Shown here: one piece after another, positions 27,231 to 40,208 of the stretch
How positions within the stretch are numbered: position 1 is the first letter of the stretch
Layout: every line of letters starts with the position of its first letter
Source: Camelus ferus
Taxonomy: Eukaryota
DNA: 64,000 nucleotides
Direction: 5' to 3'
Assembly (NCBI RefSeq): GCF_009834535.1
Contig: NC_045697.1
Span: 10,294,001 to 10,358,000 of the forward strand
Notes under the pieces: generated by a model
What the model saw: only the letters and a program-made list of their open reading frames with translations
Told to the model about the DNA's origin: nothing
Databases searched by the model: none
Translations under genes and position numbers: made by a program

Positions 27231-28895
27231 CTGTAAAATGAATTCAAAAGTCTAAGAATATACTAATTACAGCTAGGCTACTCAAGGAATCACCAAATCA
27301 TTAAATACGCAATACTTTTTGCTCTCCTTTAACTCCCTTATATACGTGAAGTAAGTTAAGTGGTCAAGGTCTCATTCTCCAGGACTTAAAGTTGAACAGG
27401 TCTGACAACAACTAAAAAGAGACAAAGGGTTAAAAAAAAAAAAAAAAAAGTTGAGAGTATTTTCTCATCAAGCTAACTAGTAGGGAGAAGGAAAAAAAAA
27501 CCTCCAGTTTCAAGTACTGAAAAAATTTTGTAAAAAAACTGACTACTTAATATTCTTCAAGTATAAGTTTTTCAACAAAATATAGGATATCAAAAGGAAA
27601 ATGAACCATAATAAAAGCTGTCATTCATGATTTTACATAGATGAAAGGGACACAGAGCTAGAAGAGATTTCCTGACACATTTATTTCCTTCTTTATTTTT
27701 CTCCACAGCAGATGACACTATCTAATACAATATATATATTTTTCCTGTGTTTGCTGTTTGCCTACCCTCTCCAAATTTTATGCTAAACAAGGCCAAGGAT
27801 TTTTTTTCCATTTTGTTCACTATTAATCTCATGCCCAGAAAGTGCCTGCCACAGTGCAAGCAAATCACCAAATTAAACTAGAACAGACCTCTTTCTTACA
27901 TGGTACCCTCCAAACATTTAAAACTATACAAAGCTGTGGCACCTTTATTTCATAAAAATAAACTTGCTGCTGATAGAATAATCTTTGTATTTATAGTCCT
28001 TACTTTCCACATGTTTAGTTCTTTTGCCAGACCAGCTTACTGTAAGTAGGCAGCTTACAAACAAAAAATCCCTACAGGTTCAATTTTACCAAGTAGCAGA
28101 GTATCTTATTCATTCATTTTTTTTATTATTTCACCATCTTTTACTAATTATTATATAGAACAGTATCTAAAACAGAATTTATACCTTTCTCCTCCATATT
28201 CCCAAATAGCATCTTACTGCACCTCTATTACAGGACTTTCCAGTACGTACCTTGATTAAGAATCATGTATTCTAAATTCTCCTGTTTGCTGAGTTCTTTG
28301 AGGGCAGGAATAGTCTTATTCGCCCTTGAATTCTCTCACAGTGCTTAGTGAATGGCTACACTAGTTTATATAACTTCTTACCATTTACAAGGAATTTCCA
28401 TGTACATTACTTCTTAGTTCTATACTAACTATACTTAGTTCTATACTAACAACCACGTGAGGCAAGTGGCGTGACTGTTTACAAATAAATGAACAGATTC
28501 AACAGCTTCATGTTCCTCCCTCTGGGCCACAGTATGACTCAATATAACAGTACTAATCAGCTGAAATGGCCCTAAAAACACATTGCAAACTGCAGAGCAC
28601 TAAAATGAATGTATATTATTCCAATAAGGAAAACCAGCTGTCATTTTCTGATTTTTTTAGTGTCTAAATAAATATTAAAACATATGGGAAACAACCCTGT
28701 GTATTTTTTAAAAATACTTCAAACAAAACTTTAAATATGCTTATTATTCCTTCAAAGTTTAAAAAGTAATAGGGTTAAAAACACCAGTTTCTTTAGAAAC
28801 ACAAAATACATAAACCGGAACACCTAAGTAACTGTTACATGTCACATTAATTAATAAAGCACCATGTAATAATTTTAACTCTAAACAAAGCTCAC

Positions 28896-29021
28896 CGGAT
28901 TCGTCTATGTCCGCATCTTCATCCCACTCCTGAAAAGCACGACTTTCATCTTTCCTATTTTTCACCCACTCCTCGTCAGGTTCAGTATCCAGTTCAGTTG
29001 CAGGACCACTGTACCAGTCAC
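28896..29021 (-). CDS. FBXL5: FBXL5 exon 6 ([19 protein letters not shown]...DADIDES)
   Basis: Acceptor tgtag|GTG, donor CCG|GTGAG, 126 nt. Confidence 0.97.
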
Positions 29022-29547
29022 CTACACAACAAATAAATAAGAGGGACAAAATAAGAGTATGCTGGCTACCATGACAAAAAAATTATCTATTTATAACAAA
29101 AACCTCTGCATACATGAGCCCCAGGCAATAGGCCAATATTGCTAGAAATATTCAATTGTGGCTTTAAAAAATTACACTTAAAAACACAGAATTCAATTTC
29201 AGACATGCCAAAAAGAACTATGAAAAATAATTACCAGTCTTAACATGCAATTTTAGAAATAACTGAATACAACCCCATCTTCTTCCCCTACTGTGGCTTC
29301 ACACTGGGTCCAGCAACACCCCCATCACGATAGTAGCTAATAAACAAAAGGAAGCAAGACTTCCTGCTCTGTAGTGAATCAGCCAGCAATTCAGAAATAG
29401 GTGGGAACAGAAGTCAAGGGAAAGATTAAGGTAAAGTTAAACCATAATTTAAAGATCCTGGAGAATATACTGCAATTAAATTACACGATTGTGAAGTAAG
29501 CGACAATGCAGAATTAATTTACCTAACCCCTAACATTACATTTACCT

Positions 29548-29764
29548 TAGGGTTTCTCAGCCTTACCACCACTGATGTTCTGAGCTGAGCAGCTCCCTGT
29601 TGTGGAGAGCTCTCCTGCGCGTTGTAGGGTGTTTAGCAGTAACCCTGGCCTCCACCCACTGGATGCCAGCATAGCCCCCCAAGATGGGACAAACAAAAAT
29701 GCACCCACAGACATTTCAAACATCCCTTGGAGAGGGTAAAATCAATTGTGATTGAGAACCATTG
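29548..29764. mobile_element. MER20 (hAT-Charlie MITE)
   Basis: GGGTTTCTCAGCCT...TGTAGGGTGTTTAGCAG..CCCTGGCCTCCACCCACTGGATGCCAG...TTGAGAACCATTG. Confidence 0.85.
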
Positions 29765-31015
29765 AACACAAATACCATAAATTAACTGAATTAAAACCAT
29801 TTTTACTGGAACTTCTTAAGCATATTAAAAACAGGGGAAAAAAAGCGTATTTAAGATCTGGTTAACCTCACAGATGTCTAGCACAGCATTATCACATTTG
29901 ATCATTTCAAATAGTGTCCAATTATGTATTACTTCCTAAAAATTCATTCTTCATAATCAAAAATACAGCTAAACAAAAAAGTATTTGATATATCCATATT
30001 TACCTTATTTGACTTTTCACTTAATATTTTATCATACAATAGGAAAACTTATTCCACATGAGATAATAATTCTAATAATTCAGCTCATATAAATCTACCC
30101 AACACTCCAAACATCTTCATGCAAAAAACATTAAATATCTAACAAAAGTGTATTTTAAAAGTGCCATATATTGATATAAAAAATAAAACTTTTTAAAATC
30201 AGACTCATAGCTTAATTATGTGGGAAATAAATATGTCCATGTCAAAGTGACAAATTATAGAAAACTAAAAAGAACATTTACATGAATTTTGAGGTACTCA
30301 CCTAGAAAAACTATTTTAATTCAGTGACAGAAAAATACATGCTGTATCAGCTTTATTTATCCCGTGACTGCATTATATGCTCATGAAAAAAAAATTTTCT
30401 TTAAGTGTTTACATGTAAAACTAACTTACCACAATGAAATTATATAAAATTGTAATTTATAGAATGAGGCATCACTAATCACAAAAAATATGCTAAAGAC
30501 AAAAACAGACTCCACTATCTTGAGCCACTACCAAAATGGAGACACAATGTCTCACCTTTAAATTTTATAAAATTTATTTTGTATTTTTAAAATAATTGAA
30601 TTACTTAAAGCTGTTCTAACAACCTATTAATTGTATTTTTAACTTTCTGTGATGGAATATTCCAAACATAGTCAAAAGTAGAAATAAGTAGCATTAAACA
30701 AGTGGCATAATAAATACCCACGTATTCATCACATTATCTTCAATGATTATCAACATTTTGCCAATTATTTTCATTCCTTCCCCAATTATTTTTAAAAGAA
30801 ATTGCACATATCACATAATTCACCCTGAATACTTCAGCATGGCTAGCTTCCTAAAAATGCACACAAAGACACATAATCTAACTATGAAACCTACTTACTA
30901 GTCAACCTCTCAAGAGTCCCCCTCTCTGGCCTTGCTTATGAATGTCCGTATGTATTTATTTAAAAAAAATTGACTGAAATATTTTTAAAACAAACTAAAC
31001 ATCCCATTTACCTAC

Positions 31016-31198
31016 CTCTGGCCCAATGAACAGGGTAAAGATGTTTCCAAAGTGATCCAGTCTTTGCCAGCTGAGACCACTTAGTGCTTACTTGACTGCA
31101 TCGACATAATTCTTGAGGATTAAGATAACTGAAAATTGACAGCATTACCTCAGGAGGAAGATGGGTTATACCTGTGGATTGTTCTGACACTTCTGCTT
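31016..31198 (-). CDS. FBXL5: FBXL5 exon 5, F-box ([34 protein letters not shown]...WAR)
   Basis: Acceptor tttcag|AAG, donor GAG|GTAGG, 183 nt; F-box signature [13 protein letters not shown]. Confidence 0.98.
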
Positions 31199-33057
31199 CT
31201 GAAATAAAAAAGAAAAACTTTAACATTAAAGGCTATACAGAGCAAATGTAGTAAGAAATTACAATCACATTTCTACAAATAAAATCCAGTGCCTAAAGTC
31301 CACTTCTTCCTGCTTGCAAGATGTGAAAAGGAAATAACATGGATTAGAGGTAACATGGAGATGTTAAACTTGGTAAGAACCTGGAGGGTTAAACTATCAC
31401 AGCCCAAATCATACTTCATCAGCAGGAGCTACAATAATGAACACAGAATTGACTTCCTCTTACAAAGGCGTCACAGGAAAACAATACTCGCTTTGTAGCA
31501 TGAGAGGCATCATTTGAAAAAGGAACCCAGCAGGTTATACAGCTTTAAGTCAGCAAGTGCAGAGTCGGCCAGGGTATGAGATCTCCAAGGCATTTTTAAT
31601 GACACGCACAAATCTCACACACTTTCCATTCATGCATTACAACTTCTGTCAGTATCTTCCTTGTGTTCCCTCTTTTATTTTCACATTTCACATAAGAGCT
31701 CTGTGAAGTCTGACCTCTTTTAACCTTTTCGTGTCTTAACCTAATTATCCCCCACCTGAGTCAGCTGAGACAATGTAATGTAAATATTTCTAATGCTGGT
31801 GTACATGTATCAGGAATCTTTTGTCAATAACTATTATTGAAAACACTCACTGGATATCCAATATCCTGTAACGTATTATTTCAGAAGCAATTTTCTGAAG
31901 GAAAAGTGCAAATGAGGTGTACAATAAAGAATATTTAAAGATTCATTATTAAGGAACTAAAAATTTGAGTAACTTATATACTGGATTTGTCTTCACAAAG
32001 CAATTTTAATATAGTAACGCTATGATCAAATTACTTTAAATCAACCCTTTCAAATGGCAAATATTTTAAACATAATACAGCTATAATTTACTTTGAAGGA
32101 GTGGGAAAATTAAATGTGTGATGCTTTTAAATCCCATGTTATAACTCAAATTAAACCAGACACGATAGGTCTTGGCTTGGTGTCTAAGACACAAGCTGCA
32201 TTTCAGAGTGAAGCACACAAGCTTTATGGATTTAATTATACAGCTTAACATATAAAAACAGCTTTGCTTCAACATGCATCTCATCTACTTTGTTAAATAA
32301 AAATAAAAGTACTGATTCCAAAGACTTTCAAGTAATTTTAACAGGAATGTCATTGCTACTGCTCATCTAGCAAAAGCAAAAGATTTAAGGATGTCAATTT
32401 AAAAGGCAAAGTTATCAAAGATAAATTAGACTAAAAATGAGGAAGTAGTCTATTAAGAAAAAAAGCAGGCATATTTTATTTGCATTTGTCATTTGTTTTC
32501 TCAAAGTGACTATACACAGAAAAACTACGCCTCTCATACTCACTCCACTGCATATTACTGGATCTAAACCAAGAGAATGACACATGGAACGATGGAAATA
32601 AAACTATAAGCATTAAATAAATTTGAAAACTGATGAGAAAAACAAGGAAGGACAGAAACAGCCACTGTGGTCAATGGAGTTCAGAAAATAGGATGACACT
32701 GCAAAAGTGCTCTACATATGGTAGTTCTCAATAATTTTGACTGGCTAAAAAATTTGTATTACATGTTTATATAAATAATATTGATACTATCATCTATCAA
32801 AATAATGATTATTACTATTATGATGCATATTAAACTTCTTTAAGAAACACTATACAGCACATGGTCCAAGTATAGGAGGTGCTAAATGATCAGACAACAT
32901 TAAATTCTAAAATAGAAACTACTATCAATTAAATTTACTACACTTGGAAACAAATGGCTTAAATTATCCTTCAAACAAAATATAAAGTTCTTATCAACAA
33001 GAAGTAAATGGCCTTGGAATGAGTAAGTTCCTGGCTATCTAAACATACGACTCTCAC

Positions 33058-33244
33058 CTGTATCTGATTTTTCATCCACAGAATATTTAAAGAACTTCTG
33101 TCGCTCCTCAGCTTGATTCCATAGGCTGAGGCCTCTGAGGAGCTCTGCGGCGTCCTTCTGAGAGCAGTGCTGTGCAATCACTTTCTTTTTAATATCCTTA
33201 AGCTCTTCATAGGTAAAATATTCCATTAACATGGGCTGAAAAAC
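33058..33244 (-). CDS. FBXL5: FBXL5 exon 4 ([21 protein letters not shown]...DEKSDT)
   Basis: Acceptor tttag|GTT, donor CAG|GTGAG, 187 nt. Confidence 0.98.
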
Positions 33245-34608
33245 CTAAATTAAACAAAATACTCATCAGGAAATATGCTTAACTGGTTCTGTTGCACTGT
33301 ACACTTTTTAAATTATTAGTGGCTCGAGTGTGGTCAAATGCCCACATTAAGTGCAAGACATAAAGATTTAGTTGTTATCACTAAGTTAGCTTATCCAAAA
33401 CTGCAGAGAACACCACCAAGATCCTTCTTTCTGTGGCTTCTCCAGTTAGTAAGTCAATCCCTTAACAATTTAAAAGCATCCAAACCAGAAGGTCTTCCTG
33501 TACAGAGCCTGTCATACACTCTCAATCACTCTGTATGGTCGGACATTTAGGTCCGTTAACTGCCTTCTGCTACTGCAATTGACCTCTATCTAAACCGGGC
33601 CTCTACATCACATGAGAATGGTATTCAGTATATTGGAATCATGAAAGTCAGAGCTCTACTAAGACCTTCAACTATTCAAAATTATCTGGGAGATTTCTTC
33701 TCTGAAATAGATGTTTAGTCCCGACCTCTGACAGAATTAGAATCTTAAGAGGTAGAGCCAAGGGCTTTTTGTTGTTGTTTCATAATGTTGACATACATCA
33801 CAGGTTAAGAAACACTGCTCTAGTAACTCGGTAGTTTCAATGCCTGTTGCATATTTGCATATTATAATGACCTGGGGAGCCTTTAAACTGTACCCATGTC
33901 AATATCTCTCACCTGATTTAACTGGTCTGGAAAGGGCTTAAAAGGAGATTTTTCTAAATAGCAATCTGATTACAAGGTGAAGCCTTATTATACTGAGAAT
34001 CACTATAATAACTGATTTCCAGCTGAACAAGAATCAAGTTTCTCATAAAATATTTTCTCTATTCCTCACCCTGATATTCATCCCACTTTAGAGAAAGAAG
34101 AGAATGAGAAAATGTTTTGCTAATCCATTCAGTGATATCCTAATACGTGTGCACTAGGCGTAAGGCTGATAAATTTAACACCACCACTTAATTACAAAAA
34201 TCTACTCCTAAAAAAACCACTAAAAATTCTTTAAACTTAATATGAAAATACAGGAAAACATTAAAAAGTTTAAAGAATCTTTAAAAAAAGAAATAAAACA
34301 GAAAAAAGTTTAAAGAATCTTCTAAAGGTTCAGAAAAGACAGTAGGATTGCATAAAAAGTTATTAACAGTGCCATCCACATAACAACATAATAAGTATTT
34401 GTTGAGTAAATGAATTAAATCACTCATTCAATGGAAAGCAACAAACTCTCTAAGGGGACAAAATGAACTCTTTTTCCTTGGGTTTTTCTTCATTTCCTAA
34501 AATGAACTAGAAGTCCATTTTCCTATACATTATTTTGAAGAATCAAAGGCGAAATAACATTTTTTTAATTTCATAAATCAAAATCACAAGGGGAAGAATT
34601 ATGCTTAC

Positions 34609-34704
34609 CTCCTCTTCCTCTTTCATGTGAGGAAGAAAATCTCTTGTAAAAGCCTCCAATCTTTCTTTCAGCTGTTTTGCATAATTTAACTGCTCATATT
34701 CATT
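34609..34704 (-). CDS. FBXL5: FBXL5 exon 3 ([33 protein letters not shown]126/E130)
   Basis: Acceptor ttgcag|AAT, donor GAG|GTAAG, 96 nt; translated by hand (not in the ORF track). Confidence 0.97.
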
Positions 34705-34779
34705 CTGCAAACAAACAAAAAAACTGTATTCTATAAAAATGCCGATAAGCTATAATGGAAAAATATCTGAAGACAAATA

Positions 34780-34910
34780 GCTATATATAAATATAATAGA
34801 TACAGATATATATGTTTATATGTATAACTGAACTGCTTTACTGTACACCTGAGACTAACATTGTAAATCAATTACACTCCAATAAAAAATAAAATTTTTG
34901 AGTAAAAAAA
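34780..34910 (+). mobile_element. Short artiodactyl-type L1 3' stub near exon 3
   Basis: TATGTATAACTGAA..CTGTACACCTGAGACTAACATTGTAAATCAATTACACTCCAATAAAAA. Confidence 0.75.
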
Positions 34911-36549
34911 ATTGGTTCATTATTTATACTGTATCTGGTCCTAGGAATTCAGTTTAAAATGTAACATGAAACCTCAGGAAAAACATTAGACTAGCAAACA
35001 GCAAAGTGGTCTCTGCACTTTTCTAAGTATAAATGATGTCCTTAAAACATCTTTTAAAGGAAACTTGAACTCCTTCAGTAATGTGATCTCATACTTTTAA
35101 AAAATGTCATAAAAAGTATCTGCTCAAAGCTTCCATTGACTTCTAATGTATGTATTTACACAATTCTGTGTGTCAGTTTTCTTATACTTCTGAGCAGCCC
35201 TTAAAGGCCTACTGGACTATATCATTACAGAATCCCTTTAAGGTCACCTGGTGTCTCCTCCACTAAACAATTAAGAATACCTGTTACATTATCCTTCAGA
35301 AGACCATATACACTTCAAAAATGACTAACTGTGGATAACAGCTGAAAAGTTCTTCCTCATACAAACTAAGATCATATCTCCCTGTAACTTATCCACCGCT
35401 CCTCTATCAGCCCTCTCAACTGAATACGTGTGGAAAATTAACAAAATAATAAAACTTTTTAATATGGGAGTATTTTATTCCTGCTGAGTCCTCTCTAGTC
35501 TCTTCCTTCTTGAACTAATGTACTCAGCTGCTTCCCGATAGCCTATCCAATGTCCTAGTCTCTTAGGATTTGACACGTTTTCCCTAAGCATAACCAAGTG
35601 GTCTCTATTGCCACTTACATGCTAATAAGTATCAATTTTGCTTTCCGAACTACTATTCTAACCTTAAAGCCCAACTATGCCTCCTCCTATTAGTAAACGT
35701 CCACCTGGACTGCACAGGCAGTTCCAACCCAACCTGTTCATTATGGATCTTTTTATTCCCCCAGCCTCTTTCATATTCCGTAGAAAGTCTGGCTCAACTC
35801 TATTTCCTTTCTCATTCTCCATTCCTCTCCCCTTTACAGACAAGCACTGCTTTCTATCAATGTTATATCCTACATTATTCTCAAGTCTGTCCCCTCCCCA
35901 CTCTCTACTAGTCATTACTTTAGTTCAGATTTTAATCATTTTACTGACTAGATAATACGTGAACATGTTATAAAATTCAAAGAGCAGAAAGGAGTATTTA
36001 ATGAAAAGTGAATCTCCCAATACCATCTTCCCTCCCATCAGCCTATCCCTACTCAATCTCCCAACTCCCCACCAAGTAGCTATTTTGTATTCTTCCAGAG
36101 ACTACAATAATTTTTTATAACAATATTCCTGCTTGAGTCTTTTCCTTCCTTCAGTCCATCCTCTTCCCTGATGCAGAACAGTCTTTCTTGAACACAAATC
36201 TGTAAATTAAAAGTGTGTGGTGGTTTGAGAGAGTTGCAACTTACATCTATGCTTCACCAAGCCAAACAGGACAAACGAAGATCAAACTTCAAATAGCCCA
36301 TAATATGTAAATACAATTAATAGGAAAATTTTTCTACATTAGTATCCTAAACTATGTTCATTCTAAGTAACAATTTTACCTTTAGTCACCAGTAACTGCA
36401 TTTATTACCACTTTCTTTTAAGAGTTCAGCAAATGTTATCAGAAATTAAAAAATTTTAAGTAATTAAAATTTCAACTTAGAACAACACCTTTAAGATTTG
36501 GGGAGTAGCATTCATGATTAAATTTTGTATAGAGTAACAAAGAGGTAAC

Positions 36550-36981
36550 TGATAAAGATTCTCATCAAAACTCAGTGAGGCTCCACTGAGTCTTTCTGTC
36601 AAGTAGGCCCTAACCTTGAGCTCTGTCCTTGGCCCACTTGGTCCAGTTTTAGCAAAAAATCATCCTAACCAGTCTATCAACCTCCCCAAACTCGTCATCT
36701 GATAACCCTCAGTATCTACCTGCTCTGAGTATCTTACCACCTTGGTCTGCCTTCCACAAGAGGCAGCAAGTCAGTCTTGCAAGAATCTCCCAGCCTTGAT
36801 GCTTCCTATTAGCAAGTTTCCTGACCCTCACCCTGCTTTCTGGCTATAAATCCCCACTTGTCCTTGTTATATTCACAGTTAAGCCCATCTCTCTCTGCAA
36901 AACCCCACTGCAGTAATCCCTTTAATAAAGTCTTCCCTGCCGTCTTTAACAAGTATCAGAGTAATTTTTCTTTCTTTAACA
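36550..36981 (+). mobile_element. Solo ERV1 LTR (MER31-like)
   Basis: TG...CA termini, 4-bp TSD TAAC (36546-36549 and 36982-36985), TATAAA at 36845-36850, AATAAA at 36924-36929. Confidence 0.85.
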
Positions 36982-37074
36982 TAACATCATTTACTAGAAA
37001 ATGCTAACAAGTTTTGCCAATGACATATCAGAAGATAGCAAAAGTTCTGATAAATACTTATTCATGCAACTCAC

Positions 37075-37290
37075 CTTAACATTCTTCAAACCCTTTTCAA
37101 AGAGGCTAAGCATCTCAGAGAGTTTATTGTCAGAATGCACATTATAAATGGTCTGGCTGCGTTGCTGAAGCAAACCAATAATGTATTCGTTTTCAATCTG
37201 CTCATGCATTTTGAACTCCTTAAAAGTAGCATACAGAGACTGCAGAAGAGCACGGAAATCGTTGTTGTTGGAGAAGTTGGTTTTAGAAAG
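37075..37290 (-). CDS. FBXL5: FBXL5 exon 2 ([12 protein letters not shown]...EKGLKNVK; hemerythrin-like domain, H57/E58/E61/H80)
   Basis: Acceptor ttcag|CTT, donor AAG|GTGAG, 216 nt; the ORF track shows [29 protein letters not shown]. Confidence 0.98.
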
Positions 37291-38524
37291 CTGAATAAAA
37301 ATTTAAAAAGAAAGGCATAATAAGTACATGTAAATATGCACCAGTAAGAAATATTCAAATGCATTCCTATTTAGTTTTGTATATAGCAAAATATCTCCCT
37401 TACAATTGGTTAAAGTAGGGAAGGAAATTCATAAACTAAGAAGTTATGATGGTATAATAAAAAGGGCCCCAGGCCAGGAATGCTGGTTTGAATTCTGAAG
37501 GAAGGAACATATGCACCAACAAATAGCATGGTTTCTTTATATAAAAGGGATTAAACCAGACTCCATCAAAAATCTAAAATTCCATTATCTGTATTCTAAA
37601 TATAGACACTCCATAGAGTTGTAGGTAAACATTAAAAGAGTTATGTTAGGATAATGTGATGTGCTTTTTCCTCTGTTTAAAATGTACTTTATGCTACTAC
37701 ACTATTTTTACAATGTAAAAAATTCAGAAACATTCTATTATAGTTTGTTTAAATATTAATATCAAGATGCATCTGATCTGTTCAGAAAATAATTATAAAA
37801 CATTGAGCTATTAGAATATTACTAGATAATTTCAGGGGAGTAATTTTTTTTTTTAAAGAAAACCAGGATAAACACTTGGCAGTTTATATAAGGAGTCGTG
37901 TACTTTTTTGGTGTGGAAGCACTGCAACAGTACAACGTGAAACCTGGCACATCAGGCCATGAGACAGCAAACGCACCTGAAGGAAAGACAAAACTCAACG
38001 AAAATATAAAGAAATACATACAGTGTCATCTTCCTTAATTCTACTATTCAACAAGAGAAAATGACTATTCTGATGTAACTTTTACTTTTTACATTTAATG
38101 TCAAATAAAATTCTCATGTTTAAAGCATACATATTATCAAGAAGCTCGATTCAAGTTGAAGTTCAAAGTAAACCCAAACCTTCCAATTACCTCCACTGCC
38201 ACATTAAATCTACCTTCTATTATGTCAATTCCAGTTTCAAAATTCATTTTAAGAGGGAAAATCTGATTAGGTTAAAAAACAAGAGACAGTAAATGGAGGA
38301 GAAGCTACTAACACCAACTTCCTAGACTGCTCTGCAAAGTCTGATCTAGGATTTCTAAAATGAAGCAGAGTCTAACCTGTCTTAACTGCCTGTCTGTTCC
38401 AGGTAGGAATAGTAGGCTCGTGACAAAGTATCAAAAAGACAAACTCCAAAAGCAAAACTATTCTACTACATATAATAGTATATAATACATAATATATGAT
38501 AGATAAGCATTTTCTGTATAAGGC

Positions 38525-38960
38525 AGTATGGATTAGGTATTAAGAGTTATTTATAGAAAGCCAGACCTAGAGCCAAATTCTCTAAGGTTAGGTTCCAGTC
38601 CTAGTATTTATTTAGCTGTGTAACCCTGGGTAAGTTACTTTTCTCCCTAAATGTCTTAGTTTCTTCTTGGTGTTAAATGGGAATAACACCACTGGTACTT
38701 CACATGGCTGCTGTGAGATTAAAATGAATTGGTGTTTAATAAATATTAGCTATCATTATTTTGAAAATTAGTCATTCATTTTTATAAATTAATGCATTTT
38801 TTTACTCCATTCAACTATTTAATGAGCAGCTATTATGAGCCAGGCACTGTTTCTGGTACTTGGTATACTTCTGTGAACAAAACAGACATCTCTGCCTTTA
38901 TGGAGCTCACATTCTAGTGACTGGAGACAGGACAATGAATAGGAACCACAGTAAGTAAAT
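38525..38960. mobile_element. MIR followed by an L2 3' end
   Basis: TAGCTGTGTAACCCTGGGTAAGTTACTT (MIR core); CATTCAACTATTTAATGAGC..ATGAGCCAGGCACTGT (L2 tail). Similar MIR/L2 relics occur near 26.8, 39.7, 41.0, 51.1, 52.9, 55.2, 55.7, 56.2 and 56.5 kb. Confidence 0.7.
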
Positions 38961-38969
38961 TATCTAGAA

Positions 38970-39255
38970 TAGGGATTGGCAACTTTTTCTGTAAAGGGCC
39001 AGATACTAAGTATTTTACGTTTTGTGGGGCATACTGTCTGTAGCAACTATTTAATTCAGCTGTTGTAGCACAAAAGTAGTCATATGAATGAGTATAAATG
39101 AAATTTTATTTAAAATTTTAATTTCATATAATTTTCACATGTCATAATATATTATTGTTTTGATTTTTTTCAAACTACTTAAAAATGTAAAAAATAGTCT
39201 TAGCTCCTGAGCCACACAAAAACAACGACAAGACAGATTTGGTTAAACCGATGCT
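38970..39255. mobile_element. MER58B-like hAT MITE
   Basis: AGGGATTGGCAACTTTTTCTGTAAAGGGCCAGATA...AATTTCATATAATTTTCACATGTCAT...TAAAAATGTAAAA. Confidence 0.8.
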
Positions 39256-40065
39256 GCAAATGTTATCTTAAGAAATGCCACACAAAAATCACAACAAAAT
39301 TCCCTAGTGGCTCATCTCAGGAAATACTATTATGTGTCATTTTATTTAAAAAAAAAATAAAAATAAGTCTTAGTGGAAATAAAAGATAGATTTTGAAAGT
39401 ATTAATAATAGCTATAAAATTTTTAAAAACAAAAGCATGGCAAAAAAGTAAATAATGCTCTCAGTGAGTTATGGAAAATAACATCTTAAAAGACATGTAA
39501 GAAGTTTTATAAATATTCTCACCGGACTATTAGAAAATCTTTCAGATTTAATAACAAGTTAAGGCAAAGACCAGGTTCATGCTACAGACTGAGAACCAAA
39601 TTAGACAGACAAAAGGACTCTATGTTATACACAGAGTCAACCCGGCAGAGTGGTTAAAAATGCTGACTTTGGAGCCAGACTGCTGGGGTGTGAATCCATC
39701 TCTGCCAGCAAGTCACTAAGTTACTCTGTACCTCACTCAGCTTCTTATCTGTAAAATAAGACTAATAAAACTACTTCATAAAGTTCTTGTGATGATTGAA
39801 TAAATTAATATGTTTAAAGAACACAGAACGTAACCTATATAAGTCTACTTAGGCTTTTCTGTTATTTCTATATCTAGCCCAAATAAAACTATCACTAGAA
39901 GTCCTTACCCTACTCAGTTTTTCTCCAGTTCAACAACTGTTTTTAACTAGGTACCTAAAGTCAGTAAATTTAGCAGTGAAAAGAATAACCTGAGCATATA
40001 CAATTTAACTTTTAAAAAAATCTGTTCATATGAATCGTTTTTTTTTAATTGTTTGTCTCTTAATT

Positions 40066-40208
40066 GTTGCCACTGTAGACGTGCTACTGACATCTTAGTG
40101 GGTGAATGGCAGGGATCCGCTAAACACCCTAAAATGCACGGGACAGCCCTCACAGCAAAGAGTCATCTGGCCCAAAATGTCAACAGTGCTGCAGTTGAGA
40201 AATGCTGC
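40066..40208. mobile_element. MER20 fragment
   Basis: GCTACTGACATCTTAGTGGGT...GCTAAACACCCTAAAATGCACGGGACAGCCC...GTTGAGAAATGCTG. Confidence 0.8.

Noticed and set aside
28413..28450. Short tandem duplications (also near 43800, 57460 and 8226) as a repeat array or CRISPR-like structure
   Set aside because: Only two or three adjacent units without spacers; ordinary slippage in mammalian DNA.
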